From an uncultured Acidobacteriota bacterium (GTDB lineage: Bacteria > Acidobacteriota > Thermoanaerobaculia > Multivoradales > SZUA-115), in contig CAWDVR010000002.1 in NCBI GenBank assembly GCA_963805975.1, forward strand, positions 1,182,781 through 1,246,780: a DNA stretch of 64,000 nucleotides, given 5' to 3'. Positions 41,322 to 50,354 of the stretch are shown in pieces; positions within the stretch are counted from its first letter, which is position 1, and every line of letters starts with the position of its first letter. The notes under the pieces were generated by a model. It saw only the letters and a list, made by a program, of their open reading frames with translations, did no database searches and was not told the origin of the DNA. The position numbers were made by a program, and so were the translations under genes.

Positions 41322-41561
41322 ATGCCCACTGCCAAGCTTTTCAGGAACGGCAACAGCCAGGCCGTGCGGCTGCCCAAGGGGTACCGTTTCGGGCCCGAGA
41401 CGCGGGAGGTGGCGATCCGCCGGGAAGGCGAGCTGATCGTCCTCGAGCCGGTGCGAGGCAAGGCGTGGCCTCAGGAGTTCTGGCAGGCGTTCGAAGGGAT
41501 GCCCGAGGACTTCGAGCGTCCCAGCCAGCACGCCCAGGAGCGGGAGCCTCTCGACTCGTGA
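41322..41561 (+). CDS. vapB: VapB antitoxin (AbrB/MazE fold)
   Basis: TAKLFRNGNSQAVRLPKGYRF. Confidence 0.93.
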   Translation: MPTAKLFRNGNSQAVRLPKGYRFGPETREVAIRREGELIVLEPVRGKAWPQEFWQAFEGMPEDFERPSQHAQEREPLDS

Positions 41562-41956
41562 GGTATCTGCTCGACACCAACATCTGCGTCTACGCCCTCA
41601 AGAACCGGCCGCCGGCGGTGCTCGACCGCCTGAAGGAGGTCGGCCAGGAGGCGGTCGCGGTGAGCGTCGTCACCGCCCTCGAGCTCCGTCAGGGCGCCGA
41701 GAAGAGTCAGGCCAGGGAGAGAACTCATCAGCGCCTGGACCTGTTCCTGGGGCCGATGCCGGTGTTGTCGTTCGATGCCGAGGCCGCCATCGTCGGTGCC
41801 AGGATCCGCGCCCATCTGGAGCGTGCCGGCACTCCGATAGGGGACCTGGACAGTCTCATCGCCGCCACGGCGCTGGCGAAGAACCTGGTCCTGGTCACCA
41901 ACAACCTCCGCGAGTTCGTGCGGGTCCCGGGGCTGCGCACCGAGAACTGGACTTGA
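41558..41956 (+). CDS. vapC: VapC PIN toxin
   Basis: YLLDTNICVY, GTPIGDLDSLIAATA, LVTNNLREFVRVPGLRTENW. Confidence 0.95.
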   Translation: MRYLLDTNICVYALKNRPPAVLDRLKEVGQEAVAVSVVTALELRQGAEKSQARERTHQRLDLFLGPMPVLSFDAEAAIVGARIRAHLERAGTPIGDLDSLIAATALAKNLVLVTNNLREFVRVPGLRTENWT

Positions 41957-41989
41957 ACCGGGCACCCAGGCCGGCCGGAGGCGAAGCTC

Positions 41990-42043
41990 GCCGAGCCCCG
42001 CCTACCCCTCCCCCGCCTCTCGCGCTCGCTCGAGCCGGGAGGC
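41990..42043. repeat. Right copy of direct repeat (actual MFS 3' end and stop codon)
   Basis: GCCGAGCCCCGCCTACCCCTCCCCCGCCTCTCGCGCTCGCTCGAGCCGGGAGGC. Confidence 0.9.
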
Positions 42044-43558
42044 CTCGTCGCGGGCCAGGGTGCGGCCGGAGAGCAGGAAGAAGATGAGCGCGACGGCGCC
42101 GGCGAGGAGGCTCCACGAGAGCGCCACCCGCAGGTCGCCGGTGGCCACGGAGAGCCGCCCGATCAGGTACGGCCCCATGGCGAGGCCGATCAGCGTGTTG
42201 ACCAGCAGGAAAGCGGCCGAGGCCACGGCACGCATGCGCGGCAGGACGAGATCCTGCACCGTCGAGATGCCGGGGCCCAGCCACAGCGCACCCACCACGT
42301 AGACCGGCACGGCCAGCGCCAGGGCGAGGGAAGAGCTCTCCGTCCACAGCATCACCAGCGAAAGCGGCACGGGCAGGACGGCGTTCAGCATGCCCACGAA
42401 GAGCCGGCCGCGCGGCGAGGTGAGGCGCCAGCGGTCGGCCAGAACGCCGCCCAGGGTGACGCCGAGCCACCCGCCCGCCGCCGCCGCTCCCCCGACCAGA
42501 AGCCCCACGCGCTCGATCGGCACCTGGTGCACGCGCTCGAAGAAGGATGCCAGCCAAAAGCCGTAGCCGTAGCCGTTGAACGACAGGAAGGAGAACCCGA
42601 GCACCGCGTAGACGAGCGACGGTGTCTTGAAGATCAGCGCGGCGCTCGGGGCGTCGCGGAGCGCCAGCGACTGCGCCCAGGACACCGCGGCGTAGAGCCC
42701 CAAGGCCAGCGAGGTCCACTGCGCCGGGTTGCCGAGCGCGCGGGTTGCGAACCAGGCGCCGGCGGCCAGCGCCCCGGCGGCGGAGACGTTGGCGAGGATG
42801 GCGCTCCCCCGCGCGCCCAGGCGAGAGAGGTTCCACAGCGTGAGGGGAGGGATCACCGCGCAGAGCTCGTGCGCGAAGGCGCGCCAGGGGCGCGGCTCCT
42901 CTGCGCTCTCGATGCCCTCGCTCTGCCCGCGCGCGGGCTCGCGCAAGGTGACCGCGAGGAGCGCCAGCAGCAGGCCCGGCAGGCCCACGACCAGGAACGC
43001 CGCCTGCCAGCCCTTGAGCCCGAGCGGCGCAGTGCCGGCCGGGAACGCGGCATCCCAGCGGTCGACCACCAGGCCGCCGAGGAAGAGCCCGAGGCCGGAG
43101 CCCAAGTAGATGCCGCTCGAGTAGATCGCCATCACGGTGGCGCGCAGGCGCCGCGGGAAGTAATCGGAGAGCAGCGAGTACGCGGCCGGCGAAGCGCTCG
43201 CCTCGCCCACTCCCACGCCCACGCGCGCCAGCGCCAGGTGGGTGAAGGTCCTAGCGAAGCCGGAGACCGCCGTCATCAGGCTCCAGAACGCGAGGCCGAG
43301 CGAGATCAGCCGGGTGCGGTTCCAGACGTCCGCCAGCCGCCCCAGCGGCAGGCCGAAGAGCGCGTAGAAGACGGCGAACGCCGTGCCGTAGAGAAAGCCG
43401 AGCTGCGCATCCGAGACCCCGAGGTCCACCTTGATGCGCCCGGCGAGGATCGACAGGATCTGCCGGTCGAGGAAATTGAAGATGTAGACGACCACGAGCA
43501 CGCCGAGCACGTAGCGCGCGTAGCCGCCGCCGATCGGGTCTCGTGGGCCGGGCTTCAT
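42002..43558 (-). CDS. MFS transporter (spinster-like)
   Basis: YIFNFLDRQILSIL, GLPLGRLADVWNR, RVGVGVGEASASPAAYSLLSDYFP. Confidence 0.92.
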   Translation of the reverse strand: MKPGPRDPIGGGYARYVLGVLVVVYIFNFLDRQILSILAGRIKVDLGVSDAQLGFLYGTAFAVFYALFGLPLGRLADVWNRTRLISLGLAFWSLMTAVSGFARTFTHLALARVGVGVGEASASPAAYSLLSDYFPRRLRATVMAIYSSGIYLGSGLGLFLGGLVVDRWDAAFPAGTAPLGLKGWQAAFLVVGLPGLLLALLAVTLREPARGQSEGIESAEEPRPWRAFAHELCAVIPPLTLWNLSRLGARGSAILANVSAAGALAAGAWFATRALGNPAQWTSLALGLYAAVSWAQSLALRDAPSAALIFKTPSLVYAVLGFSFLSFNGYGYGFWLASFFERVHQVPIERVGLLVGGAAAAGGWLGVTLGGVLADRWRLTSPRGRLFVGMLNAVLPVPLSLVMLWTESSSLALALAVPVYVVGALWLGPGISTVQDLVLPRMRAVASAAFLLVNTLIGLAMGPYLIGRLSVATGDLRVALSWSLLAGAVALIFFLLSGRTLARDEASRLERAREAGEG

Positions 43559-43566
43559 GGGGGGAG

Positions 43567-43638
43567 TCACAGCACCAGCGCCGCCGCCTGGTTGTAGCCC
43601 ACGCCGGAGCCCAGCAGGACCACCAGATCGCCGGGCCG
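43567..43638 (-). pseudogene. C-terminal remnant of a FabH-type 3-oxoacyl-ACP synthase
   Basis: RPGDLVVLLGSGVGYNQAAALVL*, ending 8 bp before the MFS start. Confidence 0.6.
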
Positions 43639-43760
43639 GCCAGGCCTTCTTGTTTGCGAGGCGGATGGTAGGCAGGCGAGGTGGGAGCCTCAAGACGCAG
43701 TGCGGCAAGAACGGCTACGGGTGAGGCGGTGCCCACTCATTGGTGTCATACCATCGGCCG

Positions 43761-44546
43761 GTGCCCGGACCCTACTTCGAACGCTACGTCGCGATCGGCG
43801 ACAGCTCCACCGAAGGCCTCAACGATCACGACGGAAACGGTGGCTTCCACGGCTGGGCCAACCGCCTGGCCGAGCGCATCGCAAGTCTCCAGGGCTCGCT
43901 GCTCTACGCCAACCTGGGCGTCCGCGGCCGGCGCACCCGCCAGGTCCGCGACCAGCAGTTGGAGCTCGCCGTGGCGATGCGCCCCGACCTCGCGACGGTG
44001 TTCGCTGGGACCAACGACCTCCTGGGCCGGGGCTTCGATCCCGGCGCGGTGGCCCGGGACATGGAGCACATCGAGCGCCGGCTGGTCGAGAGCGGCGCCA
44101 CCGTGCTGACCTTCACGCTGCCGGACCTGGCACCGGTGATGCCGGCCGCGCGCTGGATCACGCCGCGTGTCCATGCCCTGAACGACGCTCTCCGCCACGC
44201 CGCGGCCCGCAGCGGCGCGCGCATGGTGGACGTGGCCCTCCACCCCGTGGCCTCGGATGCGCGGCTGTGGAGCGAGGACCGCCTCCATGCCAACGCGCTC
44301 GGTCACCAGCGCATCGCCGCGGCGCTGGCCCATGCGCTCGGCCTGCCGGGCACGGACGAGTCCTGGGCCGAGCCCCTCCCCGAGCTACCGCCCCTCACAA
44401 CCATCCAAAAACTAGCTGCCGAGCGCGCCTGGCTCCGCGGTCACCTGTTCCCGTGGGTATGGAGGCACCTGCGAGGCCGCTCGTCAGGCGACGGCCGCCA
44501 GCCCAAGCGGCCGGAGCTACTTTCCGTGGTGCCGCGAGAGGGATGA
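43761..44546 (+). CDS. SGNH/GDSL hydrolase
   Basis: YVAIGDSSTEG, NLGVRG, AGTND, DRLHAN; TACCAT 6 nt before GTG (possibly leaderless). Confidence 0.92.
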   Translation: MPGPYFERYVAIGDSSTEGLNDHDGNGGFHGWANRLAERIASLQGSLLYANLGVRGRRTRQVRDQQLELAVAMRPDLATVFAGTNDLLGRGFDPGAVARDMEHIERRLVESGATVLTFTLPDLAPVMPAARWITPRVHALNDALRHAAARSGARMVDVALHPVASDARLWSEDRLHANALGHQRIAAALAHALGLPGTDESWAEPLPELPPLTTIQKLAAERAWLRGHLFPWVWRHLRGRSSGDGRQPKRPELLSVVPREG

Positions 44547-44601
44547 GCTTTGGATGGGGCTCGCTGAGTCTCGGAGTTTGTTACAGCCTTCCTAGTTGGC
44601 G

Positions 44602-44796
44602 TCAGTAACGATCGGGCTCGGGGATGGCGAGATCGCGGCAGATCTTGCGAACGAGATGGTTGTTGATCTCGCTGTGTCGGGGAACAGCGCTCCGGTGGCT
44701 GGTTCCTTCATGATGCCACCACGAATGACGGGAACCTTCGCGCAGCAGGCGGCAAGCGTGGAGAGACAAATGCCGCAGCAGATCGCGACGCTTCAT
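44602..44796 (-). CDS. hicA: HicA toxin
   Basis: MKRRDLLRHL..LLREGSRHSWW..VPRHSEI..RKICRDL. Confidence 0.9.
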   Translation of the reverse strand: MKRRDLLRHLSLHACRLLREGSRHSWWHHEGTSHRSAVPRHSEINNHLVRKICRDLAIPEPDRY

Positions 44797-45005
44797 ACGG
44801 CGATCGAAAGCTCTTCAAACTCCTGACCGGCGGCGGACTTGGCCTCTGCCCGATTGAGCTCGATGGCCTCGACGAGCGCGATACGGAGCGACTCACGGAG
44901 CTCCTCACGAGTCCGCTCCTGGCAGTTCACGCCCGGTACTTCCTCAATCCAGCCGATCCACCAACCGCCGTCCTCTTTGATGACGGCAGTGTAGGTCTGG
45001 TTCAT
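44793..45005 (-). CDS. hicB: Short HicB antitoxin
   Basis: YTAVIKEDGGWWIGWIEEVPGVNCQERTREEL; ATGA overlap. Confidence 0.9.
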   Translation of the reverse strand: MNQTYTAVIKEDGGWWIGWIEEVPGVNCQERTREELRESLRIALVEAIELNRAEAKSAAGQEFEELSIAV

Positions 45006-45125
45006 GCCCGCTCCTCTTGGCTAGCTGTGAGTCTCTCGCCTGGGCGGCTGTGCAGGCAGCTCGCGACGCGCCGGCAATGTAACACGCGGACATGTTGGCC
45101 GTGGAGCACGAGCCAGCCCTCCGCG

Positions 45126-45494
45126 CTAGATCCACACGTCATTCGGTGCGGTGAGCTCGCCGCCGGCGTTGCCGGTGTTGACCACGCCGCGGGGCTCGAC
45201 CAGGAGAACATGGCACTCGCGCTCCGCACGTGGCCGATGCTCGACACCCTTGGGCACGACGAACATCTCGCCGGCCCGGACAGGGACCACCCGGTCCCGA
45301 AGCTCGATCTCCATCTCGCCGTCGATCACGATGAACACGTCGTCGGTGTCCGCGTGGTCGTGCCACACGAACTCGCCCTGGATCTTCACCAGCTTGAACT
45401 GGTAGTCGTTCATCTCCGCCACGACCTTGGGCGACCAGTGCTCGGAGAACTTGGCGAGCTTCTCGCGGAAGTTGATCGGGGTGTGGGGTTGCAT
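45126..45494 (-). CDS. Cupin-domain protein
   Basis: [44 protein letters not shown]. Confidence 0.92.
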   Translation of the reverse strand: MQPHTPINFREKLAKFSEHWSPKVVAEMNDYQFKLVKIQGEFVWHDHADTDDVFIVIDGEMEIELRDRVVPVRAGEMFVVPKGVEHRPRAERECHVLLVEPRGVVNTGNAGGELTAPNDVWI

Positions 45495-45495
45495 C

Positions 45496-45732
45496 CTAGA
45501 GCTCGTCCTGGGGCTCCGGCGTCGTAGCGGGCACCTTGCCCAGGACGGCGAGGAACTTCTCCCGACTCCCCCGCCCGGCTCTCTGCTCGAGATAGTCCAC
45601 TGTCTTCAGCGCCGCCATCTTTTCCGCCAGCGCGGTGCTGATGAGCTGGTTGATGGAAACACCTTCTTCCTTAGCCAGGTCGCGGGCACGCTTGTGCAGC
45701 GAGTCTGGCAGCCTCAAGCTCAGTGTGCTCAT
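45496..45732 (-). CDS. Ribbon-helix-helix antitoxin (HicB-like RHH family)
   Basis: [31 protein letters not shown]. Confidence 0.88.
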   Translation of the reverse strand: MSTLSLRLPDSLHKRARDLAKEEGVSINQLISTALAEKMAALKTVDYLEQRAGRGSREKFLAVLGKVPATTPEPQDEL

Positions 45733-46157
45733 CGGCTCTTCTCCAAGAGCCGGAGAAATGTACGCGGTACGTAGATGCGAACCCCGAGTTTCTCCGACCC
45801 TGCAAAATCTCGTTCGTCATAGGTCACGATGCCATCACACCCCGCTGCCACCGCCAGCTCCAAGAGCTGATCATCCTGCGAGCCCGGGAGGTATGGCCGC
45901 CAGAGAAAGAAAATGTCCTGCCGGTGCGCAATGGCGCAGAGATAGTCCAGGAAGGCGGCGATCTCACTGGGCTGAAAGAGCCCTGCCTCCACATGCCGAG
46001 CCAGGACATCCTCATACTCGAAGACCAGCGGCACGGACAACGCGATCTCGAACCGTCCTTCGTCGAGCAGAGTCAGAAGCTTGAACCCGGCTCCATTCCG
46101 TGACCGCAAGCCCGAAAAGACCACGTTGGTATCCAGAACGACTCGCCGAGGATCCAC
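45729..46157 (-). CDS. PIN-family toxin (toxin gene upstream of antitoxin)
   Basis: VVLDTNVVFSGLRS, EYEDVL, FLWRP..DDQLLELAVA; TACGAT 7 nt before GTG. Confidence 0.88.
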   Translation of the reverse strand: MDPRRVVLDTNVVFSGLRSRNGAGFKLLTLLDEGRFEIALSVPLVFEYEDVLARHVEAGLFQPSEIAAFLDYLCAIAHRQDIFFLWRPYLPGSQDDQLLELAVAAGCDGIVTYDERDFAGSEKLGVRIYVPRTFLRLLEKSR

Positions 46158-46212
46158 TCTCGGTATCGTAGGCGATACCGAACAGAGGATCAAGCGACTG
46201 AGGCCTCTCCCG

Positions 46213-46258
46213 TTGACAACGCCTCGAACCCGGCGTTACAGTGCTGAAAACGTTTACA
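46213..46258 (+). promoter_or_regulatory. Sigma70 promoter with LacI-family operator
   Basis: TTGACA (46213)-N18-TACAGT, then TGAAAACGTTTACA (46245-46258). Confidence 0.85.
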
Positions 46259-46305
46259 GTGACTTCGGCTCACGCTTCAGTCTCACGGTCCGGGCGGTAA
46301 GACGC

Positions 46306-47334
46306 ATGGCAGTGACGATCAAGGATGTGGCGCGGGAAGCCGGGGTCTCGGTGGCCACGGTGTCGCGGGTGCTGAACGGCAAGCAGCCGGTCAGGGAGGC
46401 GACGCAGCGCGTGATCCACGAGGTCGCGGCGCGGCTGCGCTACGTCCCTCACGGCGCGGCCCGCAGCCTGATCACCCGGCGCACCCACACCATCGGCGTC
46501 CTCCTCCCGGACCTCTACGGCGAGTTCTTCTCCGAGCTGATCCGGGGCATCGATCTCGCCGCCCGCCGCCACGGCTACCACCTGCTGGTCTCGGGCTCCC
46601 ACGACGACGCCCAGGAGACCGAGGCCGCGCTGCGCGCCATGCGCGGCCGGGTGGACGGCCTGATCGTGATGTCGCCGGACGTCGACGCCGGGAGCTTGGA
46701 GGCGAACCTTCCGGACACGCTCCCCACCGTGCTCCTGAACTCCACCCCGGGCGGCGGCGCCTGGCACTCGCTCAACGTGGACAACTACGGCGGCGCCTTC
46801 GCCATGGTGCAGCACCTGGCGGCGCTCGGTCATCGGCGGATCGCGCTCATCACCGGGCCGCCGCGGAACCTCGATGCCCAGGAGCGCCTGCGCGGCTACC
46901 AGGACGCGGTGCGCCACCTGTTCCAGGCCGTCGAGCCCGATCTGGTGCTCCCAGGCGACTTCGGCGAGGAGTCCGGCTACCGGGCCGGCCGGCGCCTGCT
47001 GGAGCTCAGTCCGAGGCCGGACGCGGTCTTCGCCGCCAACGACGCGATGGCCATCGGCTGCCTCGCCGCCTTGAAGGAGCGCGGTGCGCAGGTGCCCGGC
47101 GAGATCGCGCTCGCGGGCTTCGACGACATCCCGATCTCCCGTTTCATGATGCCGCCCCTGACCTCGGTGCGGGTATCGATCGCCGACCTCGGGACCCGCG
47201 CTCTCGAGCGGCTGCACGCCGCCGTCGAGGCCGGCAACGGCGGCGAGCGCGGGCGCGAGACCATTTCCACCGAGCTGGTAGTGCGCGGTTCTTGCGGCGC
47301 GCCCACCCGGTCTGCCGATTCATTCCACTCCTGA
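46306..47334 (+). CDS. LacI-family transcriptional regulator
   Basis: VTIKDVAREAGVSVATVSRVLN, NDAMAIG, GFDDI, PPLTSV. Confidence 0.96.
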   Translation: MAVTIKDVAREAGVSVATVSRVLNGKQPVREATQRVIHEVAARLRYVPHGAARSLITRRTHTIGVLLPDLYGEFFSELIRGIDLAARRHGYHLLVSGSHDDAQETEAALRAMRGRVDGLIVMSPDVDAGSLEANLPDTLPTVLLNSTPGGGAWHSLNVDNYGGAFAMVQHLAALGHRRIALITGPPRNLDAQERLRGYQDAVRHLFQAVEPDLVLPGDFGEESGYRAGRRLLELSPRPDAVFAANDAMAIGCLAALKERGAQVPGEIALAGFDDIPISRFMMPPLTSVRVSIADLGTRALERLHAAVEAGNGGERGRETISTELVVRGSCGAPTRSADSFHS

Positions 47335-47347
47335 AGGAGGTTGCAGC

Positions 47348-50317
47348 ATGAGACTCGACAGAGGCTTCTCCCCGCTTGCCGCCCTGGCGCTCGCGGCCCT
47401 GGTGGCGGCCGTGCCGGCCGCTCCGGTCCGGGCGCAGAACGCCACCGCCCAGATCCAGGGCAAGATCGTCCTCGAGTCCGGCAGCGAGCTGCCGGATGCC
47501 GAGGTGATCGCCATCAACCAGGCGACCGGCTTCGTGAGCTCCGCCACCAGCCGCGCCGACGGCGCCTTCACCCTCTCGGGCCTCCAGCCGGGGAGCTACG
47601 AGCTGCAAGTGGTGGCCGCCGGCTACGAGCCGAAGTCGCAGACCGTCGTGGTGCAGGTCGGCCAGACGCTCGAGCTGGACCTCCAGGTGACGCCCACCTC
47701 GGCGTTGATCGAGGGCATCGTGGTGGTGGGCGAGGCGCTCCTCGAGACCAAGACCTCCGAGCTCGCGACCAACGTCACCACGGTGCAGATCGAGAACCTG
47801 CCGCAGAACAACCGCAACTTCCTCAACTTCGCCGCGCTCGCTCCCGGCGTGCGCTTCACCGACAACCAGGACGACGCGGGCCAGAAGTTCAGGAGCGGCG
47901 GCGGGGACGCGCGGCAGGTGAACGTGTTCGTGGACGGCCTCTCCTACAAGAACGACGTGCTGCAGGGCGGCGCCTTCATGCAGGACTCGAGCCGCGGCAA
48001 CCCGTTCCCGCAGAACGCGGTGCAGGAGTTCCGCGTGCTGACGCAGAACTACAAGGCCGAGTACGAGAAGGCGGCGGCGGCGGTGATCTCGGCGGTCACC
48101 AAGTCCGGCACCAACCGGTTCCATGGCGACTTCTTCTACTCCTTCCAGGACAAGGATCTCGTCACCCAGGACGACTTCTCCGAGGCCCGCGGCGACAAGG
48201 AGCCGGAGTACGACCGCAAGCAGATGGGCGCCGCCATCGGCGGGCCGATCCGCCAGGACAAGCTGAACTTCTTCACCTCCTGGGAGCGCAACGATCAGGA
48301 CCGCGTGGTCTCGGTGTTCCGCGGCGGCTCGTTCGACGTCGCCCCGGCCAACGTGCGCGATTTCCTGGACGACTTCGCCACCGGCGCGCTCACCCAGCCC
48401 TTCAAGTCGGACCTCTACTTCGGCAAGCTCTCCTGGCAGCCGGCCCAGGGCCAGACCGTCGAGGGCTCGGCCTTCCTGCGCGACGAGCAGGAGATCCGCG
48501 GCTTCGGCAGCCAGCGCGTGGTGGAAGGCGCCGAGAGCTTCGAGGTGGGCACCGACGCCTTCGTGCTGCGCCACCAGATGGTGCTCGGATCGAGCTCGCT
48601 CAATCAGGTGAGCCTCACCTCGCAGAAGCTGCAGTGGAACCCGGCCTCGCTCGACGCCTCGACCCCGCGGCTGAACTACATCGGCATCCTGGACGTGGGC
48701 GGCAAGGACTCGACCCAGAACTTCGTGCAGGACAAGATCGGCTTCCGCGACGACTTCACCTTCACCACGAGCTGGCGCGGCGACCACACGCTGAAGGCCG
48801 GCCTCTCGGCCAACTGGCTGGACTACGAGATCAGCAAGAACCTGTTCGACAACCCGCTCTTCGAGTTCAGGAGCGACGAGGCCTGGCAGTTCCCCTTCCA
48901 GGCGCGCCTCGGCTTCGGCGACCCCTCGCTCGACTTCAGCAACACCCAGGTGGGTCTCTATCTCCAGGACGACTGGGCCGTGACCCCGAACCTGACCCTC
49001 AACCTGGGGCTGCGCTGGGACTACGAGTCGAACATGATCAACAACGACTACGAGACCCCGCCCGAGGTGGTGGCCGCGCTCCAGAGTGGCTGCCGCACCT
49101 ACGCGCAGCCGGTGGGGGGCCAGACCTCATGGTGCGTGCGGGACTTCCTCGACCTCGACCGCTACACCACCGACGGCTCGGACCGCGACGCCTACTACGG
49201 CATGCTCCAACCGCGCCTGGGTTTCGCCTGGGACGTCAAGGGCAACGCCCAGACGACGATCTTCGGCGGCTGGGGCAAGTACTACGACCGCGTGAACCTC
49301 AACGACATCTTCGACGAGCAGTACCGGCAGAGCTGGCGGGTCTACAGCTTCTGCTTCTCGGCGGACGGCAGCCCGACCCCCAACTGCAGCGTGCCGGCCA
49401 TCGCCTGGAACCCGTCCCTGCTCTCCGCCGAGGGGCTGCGCGGCCTGATCGACAGCGGCCAGTCCGCCGGTCCCGAGGTCTGGCTGACCGCCAACGACCT
49501 CAAGCCGCCGCGCTCCGACCAGTGGACGCTCGGCGTGCGCCAGCAGCTCGGCAACTGGCTGGGCTCCCTCTCCTACGCCGGCGTGCGCGGCTACAACGGC
49601 CTGTCCTACTTCTTCGGCGACAACCCGCCGGGCACCGCCTTCGGGGACCGCTTCGGCGGCAACGTGCCCGTGCAAGGCTATTCCCGCGTGTTCATCACCT
49701 CGACCTCCCGCCGCACCTGGTACGACGGCATCTTCCTGACCCTGGACAAGCCCTATACCGCGAGCTCGGGCTGGGGCTTCAACTTGGCCTACACCTACGC
49801 CGAGGCCGAGCAGAACGGCACCGACAACCCGAGTGAGGGCCTCTACTTCGGCGCCTTCGACTACGCCTCCTCGGACGACTACTACCGCTTTCCCGGCACC
49901 AACGACGAGCGCCACCGGGTGGTGATGAGCGGCATCGTGGGCCTGCCCTGGAACTTCCAGCTCGCCTCGATCATCACCCTGGGCTCCGGCGTGCCGTTCA
50001 CCATCTTCGACTCCTCGCAGCCCGGCACCTTCGTGGTGCGCTGGAACGAGGGACGCCCCGACCAGAAGGACTTCATCATCCCGGACGCCTGGGCCTACCG
50101 TAGCGTGGACCTGGGACTGGAGTGGGGCGCGCCGGAGATCGCCGACTCGGTCCGCATCAGCCTCACGGCCGACGCCTTCAACGTGTTCGACTACGACAAC
50201 AACGGCTGCTTCGAGAACTTCAAGCCCACCTTGCCCGCGGTCAACCCGCGCTTCGGCGAGCCGAACTGCGAGTTCAACACCCGCCGCTTCCAGGTGGGCG
50301 CGAGAGTGAGCTTCTAG
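47348..50317 (+). CDS. TonB-dependent outer-membrane receptor with N-terminal carboxypeptidase-like domain (Oar type)
   Basis: Signal peptide; IENLPQNNRNFLNFAALAPGV, VTKSGTN, YLQDDW..LNLGLRWDYE; C-terminal Phe. Confidence 0.95.
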   Translation: MRLDRGFSPLAALALAALVAAVPAAPVRAQNATAQIQGKIVLESGSELPDAEVIAINQATGFVSSATSRADGAFTLSGLQPGSYELQVVAAGYEPKSQTVVVQVGQTLELDLQVTPTSALIEGIVVVGEALLETKTSELATNVTTVQIENLPQNNRNFLNFAALAPGVRFTDNQDDAGQKFRSGGGDARQVNVFVDGLSYKNDVLQGGAFMQDSSRGNPFPQNAVQEFRVLTQNYKAEYEKAAAAVISAVTKSGTNRFHGDFFYSFQDKDLVTQDDFSEARGDKEPEYDRKQMGAAIGGPIRQDKLNFFTSWERNDQDRVVSVFRGGSFDVAPANVRDFLDDFATGALTQPFKSDLYFGKLSWQPAQGQTVEGSAFLRDEQEIRGFGSQRVVEGAESFEVGTDAFVLRHQMVLGSSSLNQVSLTSQKLQWNPASLDASTPRLNYIGILDVGGKDSTQNFVQDKIGFRDDFTFTTSWRGDHTLKAGLSANWLDYEISKNLFDNPLFEFRSDEAWQFPFQARLGFGDPSLDFSNTQVGLYLQDDWAVTPNLTLNLGLRWDYESNMINNDYETPPEVVAALQSGCRTYAQPVGGQTSWCVRDFLDLDRYTTDGSDRDAYYGMLQPRLGFAWDVKGNAQTTIFGGWGKYYDRVNLNDIFDEQYRQSWRVYSFCFSADGSPTPNCSVPAIAWNPSLLSAEGLRGLIDSGQSAGPEVWLTANDLKPPRSDQWTLGVRQQLGNWLGSLSYAGVRGYNGLSYFFGDNPPGTAFGDRFGGNVPVQGYSRVFITSTSRRTWYDGIFLTLDKPYTASSGWGFNLAYTYAEAEQNGTDNPSEGLYFGAFDYASSDDYYRFPGTNDERHRVVMSGIVGLPWNFQLASIITLGSGVPFTIFDSSQPGTFVVRWNEGRPDQKDFIIPDAWAYRSVDLGLEWGAPEIADSVRISLTADAFNVFDYDNNGCFENFKPTLPAVNPRFGEPNCEFNTRRFQVGARVSF

Positions 50318-50354
50318 AGCGCGAGCTTCGAGCACGATACTCTGAGGCCTCGGT

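Noticed and set aside
44547-46200. Integron cassette array (short same-strand genes including TAs)
   Set aside because: No recognisable attC (RYYYAAC...GTTRRRY) sites between the genes and no intI in the window.
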